From the NCBI RefSeq assembly GCF_030684315.1, contig NC_081387.1:26592647-26656646 (forward strand): DNA of 64,000 nucleotides, written 5' to 3'. Every line of letters begins with the position of its first letter. Positions within the stretch are counted from its first letter, which is position 1. The position numbers and the translations under genes are program-made. A model generated the notes under the pieces. The model did no database searches. It worked only from the letters and a program-made list of their open reading frames with translations, and was not told the origin of the DNA. This document shows positions 1-11,030 of this stretch, piece by piece. The DNA is from Stegostoma tigrinum. Taxonomy: Eukaryota.

Positions 1-845
1 CAGATGAAACACAATATAGCAAACTGAGGTGATTGAATTTGGCAGGAAGAATAGAGATGGGTGTTATTTAAATGGAGAAAAACTGTAGGTAGCTATGGAA
101 CTCAGGGATTTTGGAGTACTCATCCAGGAATCACAAGAAAAGAGCATCCAAGTTTAGAAGATTATAGGGAAAGTGAGATTGAATGTTGGTCTTTATTTCA
201 AAGGGAATGGAATGTAGAAGTAGGAAGCTGTTAAAACTGTTGTTTGTTGGAAGCAGTTGTTAAAACTGTACAAGGCACTAGTCACACCACAGGTGGAATA
301 TACTGTGAACAGTTTCGGTGCCATAGGAAGAGAACAATATATTGGCATTGGAGGCAGTCCAGAGAAGGTTCACTATGGTTATTTCAGGGATGGAGAGATT
401 ATGCTATGAGGCATGGTTGAATAAACTGGGCCTATACTTGTTGGAATATTGAAGAATGTGACACGCCATTTTTGAAACATGCAAAATTCCTTGTGGACTT
501 ACTAGGGGAGATATGGAGACATTGTTTCCCATTGTGAGAGAGTTGAATGACCACAGGGTATATTCTCAGACAAGGGGTTACGCATTTAAAACAGAGATGT
601 GGATGAACTTCTTCTCTCAGAAGGTAGTGAATCTATGGGATTCTTTACTGCAGAGGGCTGTTGAGGATGGGTTGTTAAGTATATTCTAGTCTCAGGCAGA
701 CATTTTTTTTTAATCAGGAAGTGAATCAAGAGTTAGAGGGAAAAGGCAGGGAAGTGGAGTTAAGGATTACCAGCTCAGCCACGATCTCATTGAATAATGG
801 AGCAGACTTGATGGTCTGAATGGCCTCCTGCAGCTCATCAATCTT
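1..845 (+). mobile_element. Degenerate CR1 LINE 3' fragment
   Basis: Decayed RT C-terminal coding sequence (caaggcactagtcacaccaca..., cagagaaggttcact..., ttcttctctcagaaggtagtgaatct) and CR1-type tail, similar to other copies in the window. Confidence 0.7.
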
Positions 846-1474
846 AAATCTTAACCTTGTGCCAAACCCCCTCAGTTTAAATGAAACACACACTGTTTAT
901 TCTCTCCACAGATCTTTGTAGATCTATCAAGTATTTCCTGTTCTGTTTTTGTTTTTATTTCAGATTTACACAAACCTTGACATTTTTCTTTGCAAAAGTA
1001 GTGACTTCATTGTAAATAATAAATACACTCATTTTTTTCTTCAATATTGACTGGAAATTATTGGTCATGTCCAAATACTTCCATCTGGTCCATGGGAACA
1101 CATAACAGTCAATATGGGGACACACGTCAAGGTGGTAATTCAATGTGCTACACAACAGTCACATCTCCATCTTAACGTTCTCCCCACTTACAGAAAGGAT
1201 TCTCATCTGAAGTGGGGGTAATGTCTCCTCAGGGTTATTGCAAAGATAGACTTTGCTGAACGTGCAGGAAATGGATTGTCATCTCCACAGTGAGCACCAG
1301 CTGACTCCACCCCCTCACTACTCCTCCCTCCCCAATGCGCAGACAAAGCTTCATTCCCAGATTCCCTGTCCTGACCTTGGTCACAGTCATGAGGGTGACA
1401 CACAGCAGGGAGATGTACCAGGGAATAAGGATTGGAGAGGAGGAAAGGTTCAGCTGGGAAGGGTGAGGTTTTCA

Positions 1475-2165
1475 CAACATAAATTTCGTGAAGTTTGACG
1501 TTTACATAAATGATTTTGATGTGATTACAGGAGGCATGGTTAGCAAGTTTGCGGAAGACACCAAAATTAGAGGTGTAGTAGACAGCGAGGAAGATTACCT
1601 CAAAGTACAATGGGACTTGATCAGATGGGCTGAAGAGTGGCAGATAGAGCTTAATTTAGATAAATGTGAGGTGCTGCATTTTGGAAAGGCAAATCAAGGT
1701 GGGACCTACACACTTAATGGTAAGGTTCTGGAGAGTGGTGCCAAACAATTAGAAACCTTAGAGTGCAGGTTCGTAGTTCCTTGAAAGCACAGTCACAAGT
1801 AAATAGGATAGGGAAGAATGTGTTTGGTATGCTTGCCTTTATTTGTCATTGCATTAAGTATAGAAGTCGATGTCATGTTGCGACAGGACAGGACATTGGT
1901 TAGGCCACTTTTGGACTACTGTGTGCAAATCTGGTCTTCCTGCTATAGGAAGGATGTTGTGAAACTTGAAAGGTTCAGAAAAGATTTACAAGGATGTTGC
2001 TGGGGTTGGAGGGTTTGGCCAATAGGGAGAGGCTGAATACGCTCAGGCTATTTTCCCTGGAGTATAGGACACTGAGGGATGACATTTGGGATGTTGATAA
2101 AATCATGATGGGCATGGATAGGGTGAATAGCCAAGATCTTTTGTCCAGAGTAGGGGACTCAGGCA
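1475..2165 (+). mobile_element. CR1 LINE RT fragment
   Basis: ORFs read YINDFD...VSKFAEDTKI...WQIELNLDKCEVLHFG and LVRPLLDYCVQIWS, typical CR1 RT C-terminus; frameshifted. Confidence 0.85.
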
Positions 2166-3031
2166 GAGGGGTTCCTGTCTATTTGCTGTCCTTGCCTTTC
2201 TAAATGTTTCAGGTTGCATATTTGGAAATTGCTGTCTGAGTTACTGTAATTTTTTTTCATGGTACACATTTCTACAACTGTGTTTTGATGGTGCAGGGAG
2301 TGAATGTTAGAGGGGATCGATAGGGTACCATTCAAGCAAGCTGTGTTTTCCTGGATTATGTTGAGCTTCTTGAGTGCTGTTGGGGCTGCACTTATCCAGG
2401 CAAGTGGAGATGCTTCTGATTTGCATCTTGGAAATTGGGGATAAGCATTGGGGAATCAGGGGTAAGTTACTGGCTGCAGACCATTCAGCCTCTTGTAGCT
2501 ATAATGTGCATATGGCTGGTGAGTTCAGCTTCTGGTCAGTGATAACCTCCAGAACGTTGATACTTGCTGCAGTTGGACAATGAAAGGTTTCAGTATCTGA
2601 GAAGTTACAAATAGTGCTGAATATTGTGCAATCAGCAGTGAATATTCCCAACACCCCTACTCTGAACTCACGATAGAGGCAAGTTCATTTATAAAGCAGC
2701 TGACAATGGTTCGCCCGAAGACATTACTCTGACAAACTCCTACAGAAGTGTCGTGGAGCTGAGATAATTGATCTTGAAAAATCACAACCATCTCCCTTTG
2801 TGCTCTGTATGACTCCACTTTTCCCCTGATTCCTAGTGACCGCAGTATTACGACGGCTCCTTTCTGCTGCACCAAGTCAAATGTTGTGTCAATGTCAGGG
2901 ACAATCAGAGCACCTGCTAACCAGCCTTCTTTATACCTCAGTGCTTAATTATACCATCTTTGATTTTTACACACATACTAATTCAAATAATAAAACATAA
3001 ATCAGTACAAAGGTACTTATCTGAACTTTAC

Positions 3032-3147
3032 CAGGTTTAATGGCGTCCAGCATTTCTTTCCACACAGGAAATGGTAAAAGCCTATCGAATTTTTCAGTAG
3101 ACAGGATACCATCTGTAACTGACAGCGTTTTACCCTCTTCATTAATA
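3032..3147 (-). CDS. TRIM gene exon 5 (116 nt; INEEGKTLSVTDG...PVWKEMLDAIKP)
   Basis: cag acceptor at 3150-3148, gtaaag donor at 3031; phase continues from exon 4; WKEM..I.P linker typical of the exon preceding B30.2 in class IV TRIMs. Confidence 0.8.
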
Positions 3148-3249
3148 CTGTAAATGTTTAATATTAATTGAATACAAAATCACCGGAAATACCACAACCG
3201 GAGTAATTTCACCAACTTGCACTGAGTGTCAGTAAAGTGCATGTCCTAC

Positions 3250-3272
3250 CTCGTCTTCCAAGATGTTTCCTC
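3250..3272 (-). CDS. TRIM gene exon 4 (23-nt micro-exon; EETSWKTS)
   Basis: tttcag acceptor, gtag donor; a 23-nt exon is the conserved size in RBCC-B30.2 TRIM genes. Confidence 0.8.
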
Positions 3273-3844
3273 CTGAAATAAACAAAACACCAATCTCAGC
3301 TGACAGAGACTGACTGTCCAGATCCAGAAAGCAGCAATTACACTCACATTGTTACAAGCTGCTGACTACAGCCAATTCTGATTGTTGGAGATATTGTAGA
3401 AAAAGGTGTGAGACAAAGGATATCAAAGACCAGAAACATGTATAGAAAACTTCAGTTATTGCAAAGGATTGAAGGAAACATTAGTACATTGTACTGAGTA
3501 AAGATCTGACTTGGATGTTTAAAATTATGAAAGGGGTCAAACTGATAGATGCAATCTAAATGTTTCCACTTCGAGGGAATCTGATAATGAGTCTGTGAAC
3601 ATCATCTAGTTACAAATAAATACAATGGGGAGTTCAGGAAAAAGGTATTCATCATGAGAGTGATGGACTGTAATCACTGTGCGATTGTGGAAAATGTACT
3701 GAACAGGAAAGTAGAGAAACACGAGGAAGAAAGGGCCGGAAAGAGATATTGACAGGGAGAATGAAGGAGGACGGTGTCTGCATCTCATTGGGGGCTGATC
3801 ACAGTCACACTTTCACTGAACTAAACTGAAATACAATCCCTCAC

Positions 3845-4078
3845 CTTCAGAAATATAACTTCATTTTTCTGTTCCAACTGTTCTTCCAACTTTGAGACTT
3901 GCTCCTGAAGAGAATTTAAATTGTCTTGAATTTCAACAAGATTTTGCTCCATTGTTTTGAGAATGTTTGCCTCTTGTTCCCTGATATCTTGGATTAAACT
4001 CTGCTCTTTCTCAATGAAAATCTGGTGCATTTTAACGAACTCGAATTTGATATGGGTCTGCAGTCGGCTGGATTCCTC
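3845..4078 (-). CDS. TRIM gene exon 3, coiled coil (234 nt)
   Basis: tag acceptor, gtgagg donor; EESSRLQTHIKFEFVKMHQIFIEKEQSLIQDIREQE...VIFLK, heptad-rich. Confidence 0.85.
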
Positions 4079-4168
4079 CTATCAGGGCAAATATAAATAC
4101 AATGTGTTTCTGCAAAAAAAAATAAACGACCAAATCAAATGTTGAAGCTGAGTTCAGGGAGATTTTAC

Positions 4169-4264
4169 CTTAATTTTGGAAATCTTCTGTTTCTGCTGCT
4201 GCTCCATACCTAGAAACACCCATTTCTTCTCAGTGTGAGAAGCTAAAGAAGATTTAACCCGGTC
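4169..4264 (-). CDS. TRIM gene exon 2, coiled-coil start (96 nt)
   Basis: cccag acceptor, gtaaaa donor; DRVKSSLASHTEKKWVFLGMEQQQKQKISKIK; 96 nt is the canonical TRIM exon-2 size. Confidence 0.85.
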
Positions 4265-4354
4265 CTGGGATTGGGAGAGAAAACCGAAAAATAAAAGTGA
4301 GAGACCATGAAAATGTGATGAAATAATTGGGAGATGAAATCTGATTCATTTTAC

Positions 4355-4753
4355 CTTGTACATTTCAACAGCTTCTTTAATCGGCATGAAGTTGTGAGAT
4401 TTGTGATGCCGAGAATCTCGACAAATCAATTTCTTGTCAGTTTCACAAAACAGCTTCAGTTCTTCCTGATGTTCCACACAGTGAAATATATGCCACTCTT
4501 GCGGATTCAGACTTAATTTTTGAGCTTTCTTGGCTAGACTTGCTAAGGTTAGATTGCCTCTGAGGTTTATTGTCGGAAACGTCGTTCCACATACCGGGCA
4601 GGAGTTTATCCCTTTATATTCCCAAGTCTGAGTGATACAGGAGCGACAGAAGCTGTGGCCACACTCCAGTGAAACCGGATCAGTGAACAAATCCACACAA
4701 ATTGAACAACTTACATCCTCAGTCCAACTGTCTCCTAGCTGTTTGGAGTCCAT
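4355..4753 (-). CDS. TRIM E3 ligase first coding exon: C3HC4 RING + B-box2 (TRIM39/A33/xnf7-like)
   Basis: ATG 4753; CSIC...CGHSFCRSC...CPVC RING; CVEHQEELKLFCETDKKLIC...H..H B-box; gtaaaa donor at 4354. Confidence 0.9.
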
Positions 4754-4768
4754 GTTCACACTCAAGCC

Positions 4769-4814
4769 ACTTTCAGTTTCAACATTGTCACGCTGAGGAA
4801 CATGTCACTTCCTC
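4769..4814 (-). promoter_or_regulatory. ISRE/IRF-E (GAAACTGAAAGT, 4780-4769) and ETS/PU.1 site (GAGGAAGTG, 4814-4806)
   Basis: Exact consensus matches about 15-60 nt upstream of the TRIM ATG. Confidence 0.55.
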
Positions 4815-5164
4815 AGGATGCCCACTGCAACACTCAAGAGATTCTCATCTCTATCCCGCCCACTCTGCGAGTTGGAGACAACCCCCAGAGCAGAATAAGG
4901 AATAAACAGTGTTAGAGCAGTGACAGGGAATTATTGAAGCTGGGCAATGAGAGGGTAGATCTGTTGGGAGTGGGTGCTGGGTGGAGAGTTTGGGAGGTGT
5001 TGGGTATTTTGTCATGGGAGTGACTGGCAGCCTGCTGCTTTTCTTCACATCCTTCAGTTCCAAAGCAGCCCCATGCCTCTTTTTGCATGGTGCCTCACCA
5101 ACTGGGAACTGAGGTGTGACCTGGAAGGGCAGGAGGAAAAGGGAGAAATCAATATATTTCATAT

Positions 5165-5970
5165 TGTGATGGCAGAGTTTCCACATCGGAAAATCGGATT
5201 ATAATGCCTGTGACAAGATATGCCTTTAAGAATTTATGCCATTTTGTTTCTTTTGAAAGCAAGTGTTGTAAACTTGGAGTCAAACTGTCTGCTCTGCACC
5301 CAACAGTATAGCTAGCTTTTTTTTCAAAACTGCAGACAAAAGAAGCATAAGTGGGAGGAGTTAATAATACACAGGCCCAGAATTTTGCAGATTTTGCTGT
5401 TCTGCTTAAGCTTGAATTTTGGAGGAGGACACAGCTCTTTCTCTGCAAAAGCTTGTTTACTCCTTACTGCTCGGTTTGTGTTTCCGAGTTCTCCTGAATG
5501 TGGCTTTGCCAAGTGTGTTTACAGGATGCTGTTACATTGAACAGTCAATCAGCAGTACTTTAAATATATATATATTATTTCAGTAAGCATTTTGACAGTT
5601 ACTGTTAAACTAATTCTTTTCTCTTATGCTTATTTCATATGTATTTTAAGTTCAGTGTAAGAATAAAGTGGGATTTGCTTGAAGCTGAGTAGTTTGGCCA
5701 ATCAAATTGCACTGAGAATGCAAAATCTTGTACATATCTTTAAAATATGAAAAGGTTCGGGTCTTGGCTATCGCCTTGAGAGGTTTTGAAGGGGTTTGGT
5801 CTGGTTCATAACAAACTGGGGACTCTTGCCGTGATTACAATCTCTAATTCTGGGTTGGGTTGAGAGTTATTGGACTTAGACACAGCGACTGGTGAGGGTT
5901 GGTGTTCTCATTTTGCATTCGGTTGTTTCAAATAGGGAATGCTTTATGTCATAATGAGCTGGCGAAGATG
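5165..5970 (+). mobile_element. Possible decayed Gypsy-type LTR (TG 5165...CA 5813) with tRNA-Pro-like PBS
   Basis: Starts tgtgat, has AATAAA at ~5662, ends cataaca, followed by aactggggactcttgccgtgat (resembles PBS TGGGGGCTCGTCCGGGAT). Confidence 0.4.
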
Positions 5971-6192
5971 AGAATATCAAAACCAATCCTCCCAATGCAA
6001 TCAGGCTGAAATGGGGAAGTCTTTGGTATTTCAGGTGGACAAAACCCCATTTGGGTTCTGATGAAAAGAGCATCATTGAAAATATCATTCACTTGTCTTT
6101 TCCCATCACAGACACTTATGTACTTCCAGACAGTGCTAGGATTTCCACCATGCTTTCTTGGAGGAACAATTCCCCAATGAGACCTATCACGT

Positions 6193-6280
6193 GCTGGCTC
6201 AGTGGTTAGCACTGCTGCATTACAGTGTCAAGGACCTGGGTTTGATTCCAGCCGTGGGTGACTCTGTCAAGTTTGCACAC
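6193..6280 (+). mobile_element. Truncated tRNA-derived SINE head
   Basis: tggctcagtggttagcactgctgc A box, gggtttgattcc B box. Confidence 0.7.
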
Positions 6281-7242
6281 TGATTTGAATAAAATTGAAT
6301 TAGTTTTATTGTCCCATGTACTCAAATGAATACAGTGAAAAGTTTTATAAGTCACCATTTACAGTGCCATCTTAGTTACAAAGATACCGACCTCCAGCCA
6401 AGTATCTCAATACAATCCACAGTTACAGAATAGAGATATTAAGTAAGAAAAGTTACAGCTTAACACAGTTAGAAAGACAAATATCTCCATCTCTCCCCAA
6501 GGGATTTCTGCAGAAGACCAACGCAGGGGGCCTCTATGTGTGTGACTGCTTTTTGCTATCCCCAGGGGGCAACATGGCCGAACTGTGCTGCTGGTTTCCC
6601 TGCCCCAGCATTCTGATCACTGGCTTCGCTGCTTTGGGCATGTAGGTTGCTGCTTTTCTGTGTCTGCATGGGTCTCCCCTGGGTGCTATGTGCCAGTAAG
6701 CTGGGTAGCCACGGTAAAAGCCCCATGTAAATAGATTGTCTTCTGGGGTTCCTCAGACTTGATGGGCCAAACAGTCTGATTTTCCCCGTTTGAACTGGGA
6801 ACTGATGTGTGACCCACGCGGGCCAGAGGAAAATGAAGAAATGAGATATTCCACACTATCCCAGAGATATTACATGACGGACATCAACCCTCAATACAAG
6901 GTACACCTCTGACCAGAAATTCAAACCCGTTTCCAATCACGCGATAAGACGGTTTTTCCTCAAAACGAGAACAGAATCGCAACTCAAAAATCCTCAAACA
7001 GCCCAAACAGTGTGTTTCATTCCCCTACCTCCCAAGTTTTCCGTGCAGCACTGTCCCATTCCTGGACACTCCCTGACAATCCTGGACATTTGGTGAACCC
7101 CCTCCTCACAGCTCACACCGGCCCGCCCCCACCGTCACTCCGGGATCCAGACCCTGTCCCCAGTACATCCCACTCCCATCCTTTTCCCCGGTAGAGGGGG
7201 GGGGCTGGATCATGGGGAGATCCCGCTGGAAACTGCCGCCCC

Positions 7243-7445
7243 TTTCCAGAACCTTCTTCCACCGACTCGCTCCTTCCAGAACACTCTCGGGCTCTCGCCG
7301 TCTCGCGGACCCGCCTCGCTCGCATTGGTCGCCGCTGCAGAACCTTCCACAACATTCCGACCGTGACCTCACCGACCCGCTCTCTCATTGGTCCGCGCCG
7401 CCGTCAATCACCCGCCCGCTGCCGCCCACACACAATGCATAAAGG
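7243..7445 (+). promoter_or_regulatory. Heat-inducible promoter of HSP70-1: 3 HSEs, 2 inverted CCAAT, TATA-like
   Basis: TTCcaGAAccTTC 7244-7256 (perfect); TTCcaGAAcaCTC 7274-7286; GAAccTTCcaCAAcaTTC 7340-7357; ATTGG 7324 and 7387; cataaa 7438; CpG-rich. Confidence 0.85.
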
Positions 7446-7577
7446 GCCGCAGCTCAGCCGGAATCGTCACAATCACAGTCGCCAGGTTCGATTGGACGCC
7501 ACGTGCCAGCTCCATCACTACGACAGGAGACATTCCACGGCAGAGGAGAGGACTCAGTGATACACACTCTCATCAAC

Positions 7578-9509
7578 ATGTCCCCTGCAGCTCAAGGAAC
7601 AGCCATTGGTATTGACCTGGGTACCACCTACTCCTGTGTCGGGGTCTTCCAGCATGGCAAGGTGGAGATCATCGCCAATGACCAGGGCAACCGCACCACC
7701 CCCAGCTACGTGGCCTTCAACGACACTGAGAGGCTCATCGGAGATGCTGCCAAGAACCAGGTAGCCCTGAACCCACAGAATACCATCTTTGATGCCAAGA
7801 GGCTCATCGGAAGGAGGTTTGATGACCCAGTCGTGCAGTCTGATATGAAGCACTGGCCCTTCCGGGTGGTGAATGAAGGAGGGAAGCCCAAGGTCAGGGT
7901 CGAGTACAAGGGTGAGAATAAAGCCTTTTACCCTGAGGAAATCTCATCCATGGTGCTGACCAAAATGAAGGAGACAGCAGAGGCTTACCTGGGACACCCT
8001 GTCAGTAATGCTGTTATCACAGTGCCTGCTTACTTCAATGACTCGCAGCGCCAGGCAACCAAAGATGCTGGTGTGATCGCTGGCCTCAATGTCCTCCGTG
8101 TTATCAATGAGCCAACGGCAGCTGCGATTGCCTATGGCCTGGATAAGAAGGGCAGAGGAGAACACAATGTTCTCATCTTTGACTTGGGGGGTGGCACCTT
8201 TGATGTGTCTATCCTCTCCATTGATGATGGTATCTTTGAAGTGAAATCGACAGCGGGTGACACCCACTTGGGAGGAGAGGACTTTGATAATCGCATGGTC
8301 GATCACTTCATTGAGGAGTTCAAGCGTAAATACAAGAAGGACATTAGTCAGAACAAGAGGGCAGTGAGGAGGCTGAGGACAGCCTGTGAAAGAGCCAAGA
8401 GAACCCTGTCTTCCAGCACACAAGCCAGCATTGAGATTGACTCCCTGTTTGAAGGCATTGACTTCTACACCTCCATCACCAGGGCTCGGTTTGAGGAGCT
8501 GAATGCTGACCTTTTCAGGGGCACTCTGGAACCAGTGGAGAAATCTCTGAGAGATGCCAAGTTGGACAAGTCACAGATCCATGATGTTGTCTTGGTTGGG
8601 GGCTCCACCCGCATTCCCAAGATCCAGAAACTGCTGCAAGATTTCTTCAGTGGCAAGGAGCTGAACAAGAGCATCAATCCTGATGAGGCCGTGGCCTATG
8701 GGGCAGCTGTTCAAGCAGCTATTCTGATGGGGGACAAGTCCGAGAATGTTCAGGACCTACTTCTCCTGGATGTTGCTGCCCTGTCGTTGGGTCTCGAGAC
8801 AGCAGGAGGTGTCATGACTGCACTCATCAAGCGCAATACCACCATTCCCACTAAGCAGACCCAGATCTTTACTACCTACTGTGATAACCAGCCTGGTGTG
8901 CTTATTCAGGTGTATGAAGGAGAGCGAGCCATGACCAAAGACAACAATCTCCTGGGGAAATTTGAGTTGAGTGGCATCGCTCCTGCCCCTCGTGGTGTGC
9001 CACAGATCGAGGTCACCTTTGATATCGATGCCAATGGCATCTTGAATGTCTCTGCCATTGATAAGAGCACTGGCAAATCGAACAAGATCACTATCAGCAA
9101 TGACAAGGGCAGGCTGAGTAAGGAGGAGATTGAGAGGATGGTGCAGGATGCGGAAAAGTACAAGACTGAAGATGAAGCCCAACGGCAGAGGATCGCAGCC
9201 AAGAACTCTCTGGAGTCCTACGCCTTTAACATGAAGAGCACAGTGGAGGATGAGGACGTCAAAAATAAGATCAGTGAGGGAGATAGGAAAAAAGTAATTG
9301 AGCAGTGTAACCAGGCCATATCCTGGGTGGAGAAGAATCAGACGGCAGACAGGGAGGAGTTTGAGCACAAGCAGAAAGAGCTGGAAAATGTCTGTCGGCC
9401 AATCATTTCCAACCTGTACCAAGGAGGGGCAGGTGCAACAGGGGGATCTTGCAGAACCCAGGCTGGAAATGCCACTTCCACAGGACCAACTGTGGAGGAG
9501 GTGGATTAA
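7578..9509 (+). CDS. hsp70: Intronless cytosolic HSP70 (copy 1, 643 aa), inducible type
   Basis: True ATG at 7578 (ORF track starts at an upstream GTG); [32 protein letters not shown] signatures; ends GPTVEEVD; AATAAA at 9638 and 9793. Confidence 0.97.
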   Translation: MSPAAQGTAIGIDLGTTYSCVGVFQHGKVEIIANDQGNRTTPSYVAFNDTERLIGDAAKNQVALNPQNTIFDAKRLIGRRFDDPVVQSDMKHWPFRVVNEGGKPKVRVEYKGENKAFYPEEISSMVLTKMKETAEAYLGHPVSNAVITVPAYFNDSQRQATKDAGVIAGLNVLRVINEPTAAAIAYGLDKKGRGEHNVLIFDLGGGTFDVSILSIDDGIFEVKSTAGDTHLGGEDFDNRMVDHFIEEFKRKYKKDISQNKRAVRRLRTACERAKRTLSSSTQASIEIDSLFEGIDFYTSITRARFEELNADLFRGTLEPVEKSLRDAKLDKSQIHDVVLVGGSTRIPKIQKLLQDFFSGKELNKSINPDEAVAYGAAVQAAILMGDKSENVQDLLLLDVAALSLGLETAGGVMTALIKRNTTIPTKQTQIFTTYCDNQPGVLIQVYEGERAMTKDNNLLGKFELSGIAPAPRGVPQIEVTFDIDANGILNVSAIDKSTGKSNKITISNDKGRLSKEEIERMVQDAEKYKTEDEAQRQRIAAKNSLESYAFNMKSTVEDEDVKNKISEGDRKKVIEQCNQAISWVEKNQTADREEFEHKQKELENVCRPIISNLYQGGAGATGGSCRTQAGNATSTGPTVEEVD

Positions 9510-10038
9510 AACACAAAGAAACTTCACTGTAGTGACTTGTTAAATTCTGTGTGGCTGTTTGCACTGTTTATCCTTGTGTGCAACACAGTGGAAGTATTTT
9601 ACTGTTACTTCATGAAACTTTCATTCCAGTTGGAAGGAATAAATATTTTACTGTGTCATGCATTTTCCGTCAGCTCCGAGGTTGTGTTGCCACTCTGTTT
9701 GTTTGTATTTTGATCCATGCTGCTGTTTTGTTTTAACTTATTTTCTGGTATTATATGTCTTTGTGAAGTGCACTCCAAAACCTAACGCTTTCAATAAATT
9801 TTTGGTTCGAATGCTCTTTTTCTACTGTTAGATTTGAGCTGTACTTATGGGTTAGTCAGCCCTGATGAAGGGTATAAACCTGAAACTGAGTTTCCTGCAA
9901 CTCTGCTGCCTGACATGCTGTGTTCCTCCAACTCCACACTATTTGGACTGGATGTAAGGAATTATTTTCAAGTTGACAGCAATACCTCAAAAGGAATGTT
10001 AAATTAATAAATTGTCACGTCGTTCCTTGACAATCCAA

Positions 10039-10259
10039 TGTAATATTTTTAAGAGGGAATAGGAACTGCAGATGCTGGAGAATCCGAGATAACAAGGTGT
10101 AGAGCTGGTTGAACACAGCAGGCCAAGCAGCATCTTAGGAGCAGGAAGGCTGATGTTTTGGGCCTTGCTAGGTCCGAAATGTCAGCTTTCCTACTTCCAA
10201 GATGCTGCTTGGCTTGCTGTGTTCATCCAGCTCTACACCTTGTTATTTCTGTAATATTT
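10039..10259. mobile_element. Mini fold-back Penelope-derived element, 10-bp TSD
   Basis: Inverted arms (ataacaaggtgtagagctgg...; ...ccagctctacaccttgttat) flanked by tgtaatattt at 10039-10048 and 10250-10259. Confidence 0.75.
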
Positions 10260-10344
10260 CTTATTTGCTTACTGGTAGTCCTAGTTATGTTGATAGATAA
10301 GTATGGAACCGGAGTGTGTAACTTGTCTCATAGCTAGCTATAAG

Positions 10345-11030
10345 TCACAGAACTGTACAGCATAGAAACCGCCCCTTTGATCAAATGCATCCTGACCAAC
10401 CAGACATCCTAAATAAATCTAGTCTCATTTGGCCCATGTTGCTCTAATCCCTTCCTATTCATATACCCATCCAGTTGCCTTTGCAATGTTATAATTATAA
10501 TCAGCTTTACCCACTTGTTTGGGCAGCTCATACCCACACCGTGTGGTAATGTTACTTTTTGGGTCCCTTTTAAATCTTTTCCCCCAACTTAAATCTATGC
10601 CCTCTAGTTTTGGATACCGCTACTCATGGGGAAAGACCTCGACTTCTCGCCATGTCCATCCCATACAGGCGTCTAAACCTCTACAATGTCACTCCTCAGC
10701 CTCCAGAGAAAATAATCACAGCCTATTCAGCCTCTCCCTGTGACTCAAACCCTCCAATGCTGGCAACATCACTGTGAATCTTTTCTGTGTGCTTCCAAAT
10801 TTCACAACATCCTTCCTAAAGTAGAATTGCACACATTATTCAAAAGTTGCCTAATGAATGTCCAGTACAGCTGCAACAGTACCTCCCAACTTTACCAACA
10901 GTAAAGACAAGCATACTAAATGCCTTCTTCATTATCCTGCCTGCCTGCGACTCCACCTTCACAGAATTATGAACCTGCACTTCAAGGTCTCTTTGTTAAG
11001 CAACACTTCCCTAGGACTTTACCATTAAGT
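10345..11030 (-). mobile_element. CR1 LINE 3' fragment
   Basis: Reverse complement of CR1 tail/RT end, matches other copies. Confidence 0.7.

Noticed and set aside
7491-7506. ERSE-II-like ATTGGacgCCACG in the HSP70-1 leader
   Set aside because: Spacer is 3 nt rather than 1 and lies downstream of the TATA-like box; the gene is cytosolic EEVD type.
7503-7577. 25-aa N-terminal extension of HSP70-1 in the ORF track
   Set aside because: Starts at GTG in the 5'UTR; first ATG is 7578.
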